Assembly (NCBI GenBank): GCA_019636215.1
Contig: JAHBXZ010000005.1
Location: 129,159-193,158 of the forward strand
Source of the DNA: Planctomycetota bacterium
GTDB lineage: Bacteria; Planctomycetota; UBA8742; UBA2392
DNA length: 64,000 nt
Direction: 5' to 3'
Positions 30,824-40,743 of this stretch are shown piece after piece. Both the position numbers and the translations under genes were made by a program. The stretch's first letter is position 1; every line of letters starts with the position of its first letter. The notes under the pieces were generated by a model that was not told the DNA's origin, ran no database searches, and saw nothing but the letters and a program-made list of their open reading frames with translations.

Positions 30824-32872
30824 TCAATTGATCAGCTTGACGCCGCGGGGTGAAAGAAACACGGCAAAGGGCCGCCCGACAAACAGCCGGCGCTCCACAT
30901 AGGGCACCAGTTGCACCTGAATGGTCTCGATCTCGGAAAGGGCCAGCCGGGCCTGGCCGCCGCCTTCGGTATAGAAGCTGACGGCGCCGCGCCCTTCCTG
31001 CCTGGCATGGCTGCGCAACTGCGCCATGGCTTGCGCCACCAGCTCGCCGTCCGTGGCGGGGTCGGCGCGCTCAAACGGTTTCAGCAGGGCAACCCGCTGG
31101 AACTTCTGCAGGGCCGACAGGCCTTCGCCGCGGCCCGCACCGGCCAGCAATTGCGCAAGATCCTGCCCGGCGTCGTCCAGGCCGCCAATCACCTGGGTTC
31201 CGTCTTTCATGCGGATGATGGCGCGAATCCAGGCCCGGGCATCCTTGCTGCCCGGCGAGTTGTCGCCCAGCACGAAGTAGTGGTCGCCCTCCAGCTTCAC
31301 GCCAAAGGGCAGCTCCCGCGCGGCACCGGCCTCAGGCAGCACGCGCCCGACATAGTACACGTCGCGCTCAATACCCTTTACCACCACCGTGCCGCCGCCC
31401 GCGGCCCCGCCGCGAATCTCAAACCTGGCCTGTCGGCCCTCGGCAGGTTCTGCGGTTGCCAGCTTGACGGCGTCGTCACCGGAAAGCTCCAGGCGCTTCT
31501 GCTTGTCGCGGCTGCGCAGCGCCGACAGCAACGGTGACCCGACATTCTCGTAGAACTCGCTGCCGTGCAGGACGATCGAAAGCACGCCGTCTGCCAGCCC
31601 GAACTGCACATCCACGTTGCTGCCCGTCGGAAGCTCCAGCCCCGCCAAAGCGCCCACCAGCAGCCGGTGCTGGGCATTGGCACTGGATTCATGCACAAGG
31701 CTGCATCCGCCGGCACCGGCTTTCAGGGTAAGGCGATAGCGGTCACCGTCACGAACGATGGTCAGGCCAAGTTCTGATTCCGCGTCCAGGCGCACGCGCA
31801 GCCGGGCACGGAAGTCGCCGCACACGTTTCGCCCGAAGTTCTCTCGCGGCGTCTCCGTGCCGCCGAAACTGGCGTCGTGGTCTGTCACGTTGCCCGGTGT
31901 GGTGCCCGAACCTTTGGGGAACACGGCCGCGCCGCCCTTGCCCACTAGGATCGCGCCATCCTTGAAATCCACTTCGCCGTCGCGCTGGAAGCTGCTGACC
32001 CAGTCCTTGGTGCCGGCCAGTTCGCGCAGCAGCGGCAGCCACAGCACGTCGCGCGCGGGCTGCGGCTTGGTCAGCAGTTCAATCGGCGAACCCTCGTTGC
32101 GGCGGATGTAGATGTCGCCCTGCGCAATCAGCAGGTCTTCGCCGGGCAGGCCGATCAACCGCTTCACGTAAGGGTCGCTGCGCCGCAACGGGTACCGGAA
32201 CACCACTGGTTCCCAGCGCTGCGGGTCGCGGAATTCGTAGGCCATTTTGTCTACAAACACACGGTCGCCCCACACCGGGTCGCCACTGAGCGTCGGCGCC
32301 ATGCTGCCTGACGGGATGCGAAAAGCCTCCAGCGCGAAGTGCCAGACCAGCAGCACAACCACAAGTGCCGACGCCAGGCTTTCCACCTGGTCAAACAGAG
32401 CACTGACAGGCTTGCGGGCCGTTGTCCGCAGGTCACGCCCCTTGATCTGCGCGCGCGCCACGCTGCCTCGCAGCGCCGCAGCCGAAAGCAACCCCAGCAA
32501 CCCGGCCACGCCGGCCCATCCGCTGGCGTTCTGCATCGCGGCTGCCACCAATGACGTCCCGGCCAGTGCAACCAGAAGGCCGCCGCGCACCACAGGCGAT
32601 GTGGTAAGTGCGCGACGCCGGAACACGTACCAGGCAGCGCCGTTTGCCGCCAGCAGCGAACAAATGGCGGGCAGTCTCAGCCACACACCCTCCAGGCGGG
32701 GCGTATCGAACAGGGCGACTATGCCGGCCACTGTTGCGGCTGCGGCGCTCAAATTGGCAACCACGCCGCGAACCTGCGGGCTTAGGCGATAGTAACCCTT
32801 GCGGGAAACAGGTGCGGTGACAGTGTCGTCCGGCATATGGCGAAAGCTATAGTTCGCGGCCCCCGGCCACAA
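30824..32872 (-). CDS. Type I signal peptidase (LepB family), atypically large: an N-terminal polytopic membrane region, a roughly 300-aa insertion between boxes D and E, and a C-terminal extension
   Basis: Box B SGSMAPTL, box C GDRVFVDK, box D YVKRLIGLPGEDL, box E FVLGDNSPGSKDARAW. The start could be the downstream Met at 32836. Confidence 0.6.
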   Translation of the reverse strand: MWPGAANYSFRHMPDDTVTAPVSRKGYYRLSPQVRGVVANLSAAAATVAGIVALFDTPRLEGVWLRLPAICSLLAANGAAWYVFRRRALTTSPVVRGGLLVALAGTSLVAAAMQNASGWAGVAGLLGLLSAAALRGSVARAQIKGRDLRTTARKPVSALFDQVESLASALVVVLLVWHFALEAFRIPSGSMAPTLSGDPVWGDRVFVDKMAYEFRDPQRWEPVVFRYPLRRSDPYVKRLIGLPGEDLLIAQGDIYIRRNEGSPIELLTKPQPARDVLWLPLLRELAGTKDWVSSFQRDGEVDFKDGAILVGKGGAAVFPKGSGTTPGNVTDHDASFGGTETPRENFGRNVCGDFRARLRVRLDAESELGLTIVRDGDRYRLTLKAGAGGCSLVHESSANAQHRLLVGALAGLELPTGSNVDVQFGLADGVLSIVLHGSEFYENVGSPLLSALRSRDKQKRLELSGDDAVKLATAEPAEGRQARFEIRGGAAGGGTVVVKGIERDVYYVGRVLPEAGAARELPFGVKLEGDHYFVLGDNSPGSKDARAWIRAIIRMKDGTQVIGGLDDAGQDLAQLLAGAGRGEGLSALQKFQRVALLKPFERADPATDGELVAQAMAQLRSHARQEGRGAVSFYTEGGGQARLALSEIETIQVQLVPYVERRLFVGRPFAVFLSPRGVKLIN

Positions 32873-32892
32873 GTCGTTGACACGGAGAACTC

Positions 32893-33360
32893 ATGCTCAA
32901 GGACGGAGACAAAGCCCCGGTTTTCAACCTGCAGGACCAGGACGGCAAGCCCGTTTCCCTGGCCGACTACAAGGGCAACTGGGTTGTGCTGTTTGCCTAT
33001 CCACGGGCAAACACGCCCGGCTGTACCCGCGAGGCCATTGCCTTCAGCGGTCTGGCAAAGAAGTTCGAGAAAGAAGGCGCCACGGTGCTGGGCATCAGCC
33101 CGGACAGTTGCGCCGCGCAGAAGAAGTTCGAACAGTACCACAAGCTGAAGGTGCCCCTGCTGGCCGACGTGGACAAGGCAATCACCAGCAAGTACGGGGC
33201 ATTCGGCGAAAAAGTGATGTACGGAAAGAAGGTGAAGGGCATCATCCGCAGCACATTCCTGATTGACCCGGAAGGCAAAGTCGCCAAGGCCTGGACCAAG
33301 GTCAAGGTGGACGGCCACGCCGAGAAAGTGCTGGAAGCCCTGAAGGAGCTCAAGGGCTGA
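32893..33360 (+). CDS. bcp: Thiol peroxidase Bcp (peroxiredoxin Q/BCP family)
   Basis: KAPVFNLQDQDGKPVSLADYKGNWVVLFAYPRANTPGCTREA. Confidence 0.85.
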   Translation: MLKDGDKAPVFNLQDQDGKPVSLADYKGNWVVLFAYPRANTPGCTREAIAFSGLAKKFEKEGATVLGISPDSCAAQKKFEQYHKLKVPLLADVDKAITSKYGAFGEKVMYGKKVKGIIRSTFLIDPEGKVAKAWTKVKVDGHAEKVLEALKELKG

Positions 33361-33366
33361 ATGAAG

Positions 33367-33394
33367 CGGGCCCCCGCAAAGTGCGGGGGCCCGG
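33367..33394. terminator. GC-rich hairpin between convergent bcp and 33409..34377(-); possibly a bidirectional terminator
   Basis: gggcccccgc-aaagt-gcgggggccc. No clear T-run. Confidence 0.4.
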
Positions 33395-33408
33395 TCATGC
33401 AGGCAGCA

Positions 33409-34377
33409 TTACTTCCAGCGGCTGTAGTCGTAGTTGTCCACCCAGCCTTCAAACGTGTTGGCGGCGCCCTTGTGGAACTGGGCAGTGTTGTTGAACGAAA
33501 TCCGCGCGGTCGTGCTCTTCTTCTTGGTATCCCAGTCTGTTTCGTTCCAGAAGCTCAGCACGATAAAGGTGTCTCCCTTTTCGCTGTTGAACCAGAATGC
33601 CACTTCGCTGCTGTAACGGTGCAGCAGCAGTGTCGGCTTTCCTTCGCCGTTGGTAATGATCTGCTTCAGGCGCGCGGCCAGGAGGTCGTAGGGGTCCGCG
33701 CCCTCCTTCACGCCGGCAAGCAGCTCGAGGCCCTGGGTTTCCCAGGGATCCAGGAACTCCTTGAGCTTGGAAACCTCGCCCTTGTTGATCACGTCGATGA
33801 TCTGCTTGACCTGCGGCGAATTGTAGTTCGTCTCATAGTCATTGGCCTGATAGCTGGTCAGGTACCAGTTTTCCGGGCCCTTCTTGGGTTCTTCGCCTTC
33901 TTTGGCCTCGCCTTCCTGGGCTTCGCGGATGGCCCGCACCATATGGGTGCCCAGCGGGCTGCTGCACATTACGACGGCGTAGTTGCCCACCGTGTTCTGC
34001 TTCAGCAGGCTCTGGCCCTCGTCGCTGTAAGTCGCCAGCGTCTTGGCCAACTCCTGAAGATGGGTTGAGCCATCGCTGCTGCTCCAGCTCTTCTCATCTG
34101 CGTTGCGGCGCGCATCGCCGGAAAGGCAGGCCTTCAGATCGCCGAGCTTCTTGTCCTTGGCAGCTTTGATGGCCTTGGCGACCACCTGCTGTGCCGATTT
34201 GTGCCCCTCGTCGGTGCCGTCATTGGTCTTCAGTGCGGCTGCCTTGGGCAGTTTGCCGTCCTGTGCCTTCAGTGTTTCGCTGGCCTTGCCGGCCAGGTCA
34301 TCTGCCTGCACCGTCCCGATTGCGGCATACCCGAACGTCAGTGCCGCGGCGCACGCCAGAAACGCGAGCTTACGCAT
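33409..34377 (-). CDS. Hypothetical secreted protein, Lys/Ala/Glu-rich
   Basis: Signal peptide MRKLAFLACAAALTFGYAAIGTVQA. No recognised domain. Confidence 0.5.
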   Translation of the reverse strand: MRKLAFLACAAALTFGYAAIGTVQADDLAGKASETLKAQDGKLPKAAALKTNDGTDEGHKSAQQVVAKAIKAAKDKKLGDLKACLSGDARRNADEKSWSSSDGSTHLQELAKTLATYSDEGQSLLKQNTVGNYAVVMCSSPLGTHMVRAIREAQEGEAKEGEEPKKGPENWYLTSYQANDYETNYNSPQVKQIIDVINKGEVSKLKEFLDPWETQGLELLAGVKEGADPYDLLAARLKQIITNGEGKPTLLLHRYSSEVAFWFNSEKGDTFIVLSFWNETDWDTKKKSTTARISFNNTAQFHKGAANTFEGWVDNYDYSRWK

Positions 34378-34571
34378 TCGAATCCCCTTGTCCTGTGAGT
34401 AGTGGCCCTGTGCCCGTCATAAGCGGCCTTCAAGGATAGGAACCCACGGGCAAACGTCAATTTGCGCCTGGCCCAAAGGCCTGCGGCTGTGCGCAAGCCA
34501 GTGCCGGCGGGCGGGTTGCATCAACCCGCCATGCCGGTAACGTGCAGCCAACTTCACCCGCCGGAGCCGCC

Positions 34572-35729
34572 ATGGACTTTGCCCTTAATGAAGAACAGCA
34601 GTTGCTGCAGCAGGCCGCTGCCGAGTTCTGCCGCAACGAAGTCGAGCCCGTGGCGATCAAGCTGGAAAGCAGCCACGAGTTCCCGATGGAACTCACCAAA
34701 CGCATGGCCGAACTGGGCTTCATGGGGCTGGTGATTCCTGAACAATACGGCGGAGTGGGGGCCGATTATCTGGCTTATCTGCTGGTCGAGGGCGAGATCG
34801 CAAAATCCAGCATCAGCCTCAGCATGACCCTGGGCGCGCAGAACAGTCTGGTCGCCCTGCCGATCATGAACTTCGCCACCGAGGAGCAAAAGCAGCAGTG
34901 GCTGCCGGTGCTGGCCACGGGCGAGAAGCTGGGCTCGTTTGCCCTGACCGAACCTGGCGCGGGCAGCGACCCCGCGGGCATGCGCACAACGGCCGTGAAG
35001 AAGGGCGACAAGTGGGTGCTGAACGGGACCAAGCTGTACATCACCAACGGCGCGGTGGCCGAAATTTTGATTGTCTGGGCCAAGACCGGCCAGAAGCCCG
35101 ACGGCAAGCCACTGCTCAGCGCGTTTCTGGTGGACAAGGCAGTAAGCCCGTTCAAGGTCGGCACCGTGGAACACAAGATGGGTGTGCACGCCAGCCCGAC
35201 TACCGAGCTGATCTTCGACGAGTGCGAAGTGCCCGCCGAAAATCTGCTGGGCAAAGAGGGCGACGGCTTCAAGGTCGCCCTGATCACTCTGAACACCGGC
35301 CGCTGCAGCGTGGCGACCCAGTGCCTTGGCCTTGCCGAGGCCGCGTACCTGCGGGCGAAGCGATTCGCCGGCGAACGCGAACAGTTCGGCCAGAAGATCG
35401 CCGAGTTCCAGGGCATCAGCTTCAAGCTGGCCGACATGATCACGGAACTCAACGCCGCCAAGGGCCTGGTGTGGCATGCGGTGTGGCTGAAGGAACAGTT
35501 CGGGTTGAGTGACCCAAGGTTCATCAGCATGGCCGCACAGGCCAAGCTGTATGCCAGCGAAATGGCCGAGCGCGTGACAAGCCACGCCATCCAGATTCAC
35601 GGCGGCTACGGCTACATGCGCGAGTACCGGGTGGAGGAATTCTTCCGCGCGGCAAGACTGATGACGATTGTGGAAGGCACCAGCGAAATCCAGCGCCTGA
35701 CCATCAGCCGCTGGGAGATGAGGGCTTAA
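34572..35729 (+). CDS. Acyl-CoA dehydrogenase
   Basis: MDFALNEEQQLLQ start. ACAD middle and C-terminal domains, including the GGYGYMREYRVEEFFRAARL-type C-terminal helix. Confidence 0.85.
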   Translation: MDFALNEEQQLLQQAAAEFCRNEVEPVAIKLESSHEFPMELTKRMAELGFMGLVIPEQYGGVGADYLAYLLVEGEIAKSSISLSMTLGAQNSLVALPIMNFATEEQKQQWLPVLATGEKLGSFALTEPGAGSDPAGMRTTAVKKGDKWVLNGTKLYITNGAVAEILIVWAKTGQKPDGKPLLSAFLVDKAVSPFKVGTVEHKMGVHASPTTELIFDECEVPAENLLGKEGDGFKVALITLNTGRCSVATQCLGLAEAAYLRAKRFAGEREQFGQKIAEFQGISFKLADMITELNAAKGLVWHAVWLKEQFGLSDPRFISMAAQAKLYASEMAERVTSHAIQIHGGYGYMREYRVEEFFRAARLMTIVEGTSEIQRLTISRWEMRA

Positions 35730-35882
35730 CTTGCCTTTGCACTCGATTCGGCCCGTGGCATCGCCGTCTCGGCGATGCGTACCGGGCGCGTCCCGCGCCT
35801 GGACATGGCCGGGACGGCCATGGAAACGCATCGGCGGGACGCCGATGCCACGCGCCAACCCGCTGAGTTCGATTCCCAGCTA

Positions 35883-36686
35883 CTAGAGCGCAACCACCGT
35901 ACCCTCAATCACGAACTCGGCCGGCACTTCGTCGAACAGGATTGAGACCTGGAACTCCTCGCCCATACCTGCGGGCTGGGTGTTGAAGTCGACAATCGTC
36001 GCTTCGGCAGTTTCGCCCGTGGGGCTTTGCAGCCTGGCCTTTCGGCCGATCCAGGCCTTGGTGCCGGCCGTGCCGCACAGGGCGCAGGCGGGGCTGCTGC
36101 CGGTCATGGCCACGCCGCGTGCCAGCCGGTGCACGGTGCGCGCGATCAGCAGCACCTGGCCCTGCGGCGGTTTGGGCCGCACCCACACAATCAGTTCGCC
36201 CAGCCTTGGGTGGTGCTCGACCTCGTGGCGCGCAAAGCCCAGCCGTTGCAGCATGTGCTGGCTGATCGCGTTGCCGGCCTGCGCGCGGGCATACACGGCC
36301 GCGACTTGTGACTGCGCGAAGCACCAGTGGCACAGCGCCTCCACGGCCTCGCTGGCGTAACCCTTGCGGCGAAAGTTCTCGACGATTTCGTAGCCAATCT
36401 CTACGCGGCCGCGGGCATCCGGCGAGCCCTTCAGGTTGATGCCGCCGATCAGAGTGCGCGGCTGACGCAGCAGGATCAGGCGGCCCAGCCAGGGCAGCTC
36501 GCCGGGGGCGCGGTTCAGGCGGGCGATCTGTTCTTTCAACTGCCACTCGCGCACGCCGTGGCTGGGCCAGCCCGGTGCGATCGCTGCATCCAGCAGCGCG
36601 CCAACTCGCGCCACGTCGCCGACCTGTGTGGCCTCCAGCACCGGCAGGGCGAAAGGCACCAGCAGCAATCGCGGACTCTCGATGTC
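35883..36686 (-). CDS. GNAT family N-acetyltransferase (RimJ/RimL-like) fused to an uncharacterised C-terminal domain of about 90 aa
   Basis: GNAT core ...FRRKGYASEAVEALCHWCF... The C-terminal extension contains CALCGTAGTKAWIGRKARL... Confidence 0.6.
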   Translation of the reverse strand, partial: DIESPRLLLVPFALPVLEATQVGDVARVGALLDAAIAPGWPSHGVREWQLKEQIARLNRAPGELPWLGRLILLRQPRTLIGGINLKGSPDARGRVEIGYEIVENFRRKGYASEAVEALCHWCFAQSQVAAVYARAQAGNAISQHMLQRLGFARHEVEHHPRLGELIVWVRPKPPQGQVLLIARTVHRLARGVAMTGSSPACALCGTAGTKAWIGRKARLQSPTGETAEATIVDFNTQPAGMGEEFQVSILFDEVPAEFVIEGTVVAL

Positions 36687-36841
36687 CATAGCTGCATTGT
36701 TGCTTGGCTGAACGGCTTTCACCACAGTGGCGCTGCGAGCCGATGCTGTTCTCTGTGCCCCTATGGTAAACCCGATGATTCCCGGAATCGGCTTGGCCGT
36801 GCGACTGTTTCCTTGCTTGAATCCCGACACAAGGAGAACCC

Positions 36842-37672
36842 ATGAACCGCACACTGATCGTTGCCACATTGGCCGTACTGGCTGCCACCGCCGCCCTGGT
36901 TGCCCCCACTCTGGCCCAGAAGTCCGGCCCCGGCGAACCCGACCGCAGCGGTGTTACCACCCGCAGCGTGGACTACAAAATCGGCGAGGCCGAGTTTCAG
37001 GGCTTCATGGCCACGCCAGGCGCGGCCATGGAACGCAAGACGCCCGCCGTGGTGATCGTGCATGACTGGATGGGCCAGCGCGACTTCGACAGCACCAAGG
37101 CCACGGAACTGGCCAAACTTGGATACGTCGCGTTCGCCTGCGACATGTACGGCAAGGGCGTGCGGCCCAAGGACGCAGGCGAAGCCCGCGCCGAGACTAC
37201 AAAACTCTACACCGCGCCCGACACCCTGCGCGAACGCATCAACGCCGCGATCAAACTGCTGAAAGACGAGAAAGCCGTGGATCCGGCCAAGGTCTGCGTG
37301 ATGGGCTTCTGCTTTGGCGGCGCGGTATCCCTCGAAGCCGCGCGCAGCGGCACCGACATCGCAGGCGTGATCAGCTTCCACGGCGGCCTTGCCACACAAA
37401 AGCCCGCCACGGCCGACACGCTCAAGGCCAAGGTGCTGGTGCTTCACGGCGCCGACGACCCCTACGTGCCGCAGAAGGACATTGACGCCCTGTACAAGGA
37501 AATGCGCGACGCCAAGGCCGACTGGCAGTTTGTTGCATTTGGCAACAGCGTGCACAGCTTCACCAACCCCGCCGCGGGAAACGACAACAGCAAAGGCGCG
37601 GCGTACAACGCCAAGGCCGACGCACGCAGCTGGGAAATGATGAAGGACTTCCTGGCCGAAGTGACCAAGTAG
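36842..37672 (+). CDS. Dienelactone hydrolase family protein (secreted)
   Basis: Signal peptide, VIVHDWMGQRDF and GFCFGG nucleophile elbow. Confidence 0.8.
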   Translation: MNRTLIVATLAVLAATAALVAPTLAQKSGPGEPDRSGVTTRSVDYKIGEAEFQGFMATPGAAMERKTPAVVIVHDWMGQRDFDSTKATELAKLGYVAFACDMYGKGVRPKDAGEARAETTKLYTAPDTLRERINAAIKLLKDEKAVDPAKVCVMGFCFGGAVSLEAARSGTDIAGVISFHGGLATQKPATADTLKAKVLVLHGADDPYVPQKDIDALYKEMRDAKADWQFVAFGNSVHSFTNPAAGNDNSKGAAYNAKADARSWEMMKDFLAEVTK

Positions 37673-37759
37673 GCGGCAATCTGAACGCGAAGCGTAAGCG
37701 AGCGCCATGAACCGGGCGGCGGTGCCCTGCGCACGCCGCCCGGTGCGTTCCCGGCGGCA

Positions 37760-38827
37760 ATGCCTATGCTGCGGCCGATGACAGAGAACCAGCCCAACAA
37801 GCGGCACCGGCGCAAACGCTATGCGGGCACGCACCCGCGCAGGTTTCACGAGCGCTACAAGGAACTCGACGCCGCGAAGTATCCCGACCAAGTCAAGAAA
37901 ATCCGCGCCCAGGGACGCACGCCTGCCGGTGCCCATGTTCCGATTATGCTTGCCGAAGTCATGGCCGCGTTGGCCCCTGCCCCCGGCGAAACCGTCCTGG
38001 ATTGCACACTGGGCCATGGCGGCCATGCCGAAGCACTGGCCCGCGCCATCGGGCCGCAAGGTCGCGCCATCGGCATTGACCTCGATGCCCAAGAGCAGGC
38101 GCGAACGGTCGCCCGGCTGGCCGGGCTGGGCCTGACGCTTCATGCACACCACACGAACTTCGCGGGCATCGGCAACGTGCTTCGCGCAGAGGGCCTGGCT
38201 GGCGTTGACTGCCTTCTGGCCGACCTTGGCGTTTCCAGCATGCAACTGGACAGGCCCGAACGCGGCTTTGGCTACAAGATGGACGGCCCGCTGGACATGC
38301 GCATGGACCAATCGCGCGGCAAGCCGGCCAGTGAGCTGATTGCCAGCACAGACGCCGAAACGCTGGCCGGCTGGCTGCGCGACTACGGCGACGAACCCCA
38401 CGCCGAGCGGATTGCCGAAGCCATGGCCAAACAGAAGCCCGTGCGCACGCGCGAGCTTGCCAACCTGGTGCTGCTGGCCAACCACATGGATCCGCGCCGT
38501 TTCCGGCAATCCAGCGCGCGCGACAAACACCCTGCCGCGCGCGTTTTCCAGGCGCTGCGCATGGTCGTCAACCGCGAGGCCGAGAACCTGGACGCGCTGC
38601 TGCGGGCTCTGCCCTATGCGCTCAACCCGGGTGGTCGCGCGGCGATCCTGACCTTTCACAGCGGCGAAGAACAACGCGTCAGGGCTGCCCTTGAAGCAGC
38701 CGCCACGGCAGGCCAGCTGGTGGCTGAAGACCTTGTAGGCGCAAAGCCGTCACGCGAGGAAGTCTACGGCAACCCCCGGTCGAGATCGGCAAGGCTGTTC
38801 ACGGCTAAGCGGCCGGCGGCAGAGTAA
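37760..38827 (+). CDS. rsmH: 16S rRNA (cytosine1402-N4)-methyltransferase RsmH (MraW)
   Basis: VLDCTLGHGGH, DLGVSSMQLD and GPLDMRMD motifs. Confidence 0.85.
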   Translation: MPMLRPMTENQPNKRHRRKRYAGTHPRRFHERYKELDAAKYPDQVKKIRAQGRTPAGAHVPIMLAEVMAALAPAPGETVLDCTLGHGGHAEALARAIGPQGRAIGIDLDAQEQARTVARLAGLGLTLHAHHTNFAGIGNVLRAEGLAGVDCLLADLGVSSMQLDRPERGFGYKMDGPLDMRMDQSRGKPASELIASTDAETLAGWLRDYGDEPHAERIAEAMAKQKPVRTRELANLVLLANHMDPRRFRQSSARDKHPAARVFQALRMVVNREAENLDALLRALPYALNPGGRAAILTFHSGEEQRVRAALEAAATAGQLVAEDLVGAKPSREEVYGNPRSRSARLFTAKRPAAE

Positions 38828-39401
38828 CGACGACCGCAGAGCAATCGCGCACCCCCAACCTGCGATATCCGTGGGGCACACTGCTGTCAAAGTAGACGGC
38901 GTCGCCGGCTTCCAGCTGGTGCTTCTCTCCGTGCCAGGTCAGCTCGAGCTTGCCCGACACCAAGTAGAAGAACTCGGCGCCCGGGTGGTGGTGCAACTGC
39001 AGCTTGCTCTCGTCAACGTCGCGAAAGTGGGCCAGAAAGGCCTTCAACCGCGGCTCTAACGCCATGTAGTCGAGGCTTTCGAACATATAGGCGGCCTGGG
39101 CGTCATTCATGCCGGCCGGGAAGCGCTTGCGGTCGCCTTTGCGCGTGATGGCAAAGGTGCGGCGCTTGCGCTGGTCGGCAAAGAAGTAATCCAGCCCGAC
39201 ACTGAACACCAGCGCGATGCGCGTCAGCGTGGGCAGCGTGGGCACCAGCTTGCCGCGCTCGATCTTGGAGAGCATCGCCGCCGAAAGCCCGGTATGCGCG
39301 CCCAGTTCGGCCAGCTTCAGGCCGCGCTGTGTGCGCAGGTCGTGAACCTTGGGCCCAATGTTGTAGCCCGCAAGCTCGTTGGCGAGAGTTTCGGTAAGCA
39401 T
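38805..39401 (-). CDS. XRE-family transcriptional regulator with a C-terminal cupin domain
   Basis: HTH DLRTQRGLKLAELGAHTGLSAAMLSKIERGK. Cupin HHHPGAEFFYLVSGKLEL. The start at MLTETL has an AAGGAGA RBS. Confidence 0.75.
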   Translation of the reverse strand: MLTETLANELAGYNIGPKVHDLRTQRGLKLAELGAHTGLSAAMLSKIERGKLVPTLPTLTRIALVFSVGLDYFFADQRKRRTFAITRKGDRKRFPAGMNDAQAAYMFESLDYMALEPRLKAFLAHFRDVDESKLQLHHHPGAEFFYLVSGKLELTWHGEKHQLEAGDAVYFDSSVPHGYRRLGVRDCSAVVVTLPPAA

Positions 39402-39630
39402 GGGTTCTCCTTGCCCTGAAGCATTCTTGCTGAGAATACATGTTTTCACAATAGGCAACACCCGAAGTACGTGGCGAGGCACGGAACTGGGCGTTGCTTG
39501 CGCATCATGAACGCAAAGGAGCATTCTGTTGCACCAGGTTCAACGCCAGATGATTCTTACCAGTAAACTGTATTTTCTTAGCATGCACCATCGTTTCATT
39601 TGCGCAGGCAACTGAAACCAAGGAGAAGAA

Positions 39631-40542
39631 ATGACCCGCGCAATGATGACAACCCTGACTTTCTCACTGGCACTTTCCGCCGTGAGCTTCAACGGAATGG
39701 CCGACGCCCAGGCCAAGCCCGAAAGCAAAGACATCGTCGACACCGCCGCCGCCAACCCGTCCTTCAAGACGCTGGTCGCGGCCGTCAAGGCTGCTGGCCT
39801 GGTGGACACACTCAAGGGCAAAGGCCCATTCACGGTGTTCGCCCCCACCGACGACGCGTTTGCCAAGCTGCCCGCAGGCACGGTGGACGCGCTGCTGAAG
39901 CCCGAGAACAAGCACAAGCTGACTGCGATCCTCACCCATCACGTGGTCAGCGGCAGCGTGCTGGCCGCCGACGTCACCAAGCTGAAGGAAGCCACCACCG
40001 TGTTCGGCCAGAAGGTCACGATTGACACGGCAAAGGGCGTCAAGGTCGGTACCGCCACCGTGACGGCCACCGACATTGCCTGCACCAATGGCGTGATCCA
40101 CGTGATTGACACTGTTCTGATCCCGCAGGACATCGTCGAGGTCGCCGCTGGCGACAGCCGCTTCAAGACTCTCGTGGCCGCGCTCAAGGCCGGCGAACTG
40201 GTCGACGCGCTGAAGGGCACCGGGCCGCTGACGGTGTTCGCCCCCACGGACGAGGCCTTTGCCAAGCTGCCCAAGGACACGCTGGAAATGCTGCTGAAGC
40301 CCGAGAACAAGGAAAAGCTGCAATCCATCCTCAAGTTCCACGTAGTCGGGGCGAACGTCAAAGCCGCCGACGCCGTCAAGCTGGCCGAAGCAAGCACGCT
40401 GAATGGCCAGAAGGCGGGCATCGAGGTCAAGGATGGCGCCGTCTACATCGCCGGGGCCAAGGTGATCATCACCGACATCCCCGCGCTCAACGGCGTCATC
40501 CATGTGGTGGACACCGTCATGCTTCCGAAAGAAACCAAGTAG
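39631..40542 (+). CDS. Secreted tandem fasciclin (FAS1) domain protein
   Basis: Two FAS1 repeats: ...[22 protein letters not shown]... and ...[22 protein letters not shown]... Confidence 0.85.
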   Translation: MTRAMMTTLTFSLALSAVSFNGMADAQAKPESKDIVDTAAANPSFKTLVAAVKAAGLVDTLKGKGPFTVFAPTDDAFAKLPAGTVDALLKPENKHKLTAILTHHVVSGSVLAADVTKLKEATTVFGQKVTIDTAKGVKVGTATVTATDIACTNGVIHVIDTVLIPQDIVEVAAGDSRFKTLVAALKAGELVDALKGTGPLTVFAPTDEAFAKLPKDTLEMLLKPENKEKLQSILKFHVVGANVKAADAVKLAEASTLNGQKAGIEVKDGAVYIAGAKVIITDIPALNGVIHVVDTVMLPKETK

Positions 40543-40569
40543 CCCCAATCGCCCCCGGGGCTGCTTGAA

Positions 40570-40601
40570 GAGGCGCGGCGTGTGCCGCGCCTCTTTCTAT
40601 T
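40570..40601 (+). terminator. Rho-independent terminator after the fasciclin gene
   Basis: gaggcgcggc-gtgt-gccgcgcctc followed by tttctatt. Confidence 0.75.
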
Positions 40602-40743
40602 GGGTCGTGCATAAACGCATCAAACGCATTGCGTCAGGGCATGATTGTCACTAGAGTGTCATCCCTTCCTCAATATGGACTTCGCGATGGGTTGCGCGTG
40701 CGGACGCCAGCCCGTTGCGCACATCAGAGATACAGGAGATTGT

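Noticed and set aside
36761-38674. 637-aa minus-strand ORF
   Set aside because: It is antisense to the dienelactone hydrolase gene and to rsmH, both well supported.
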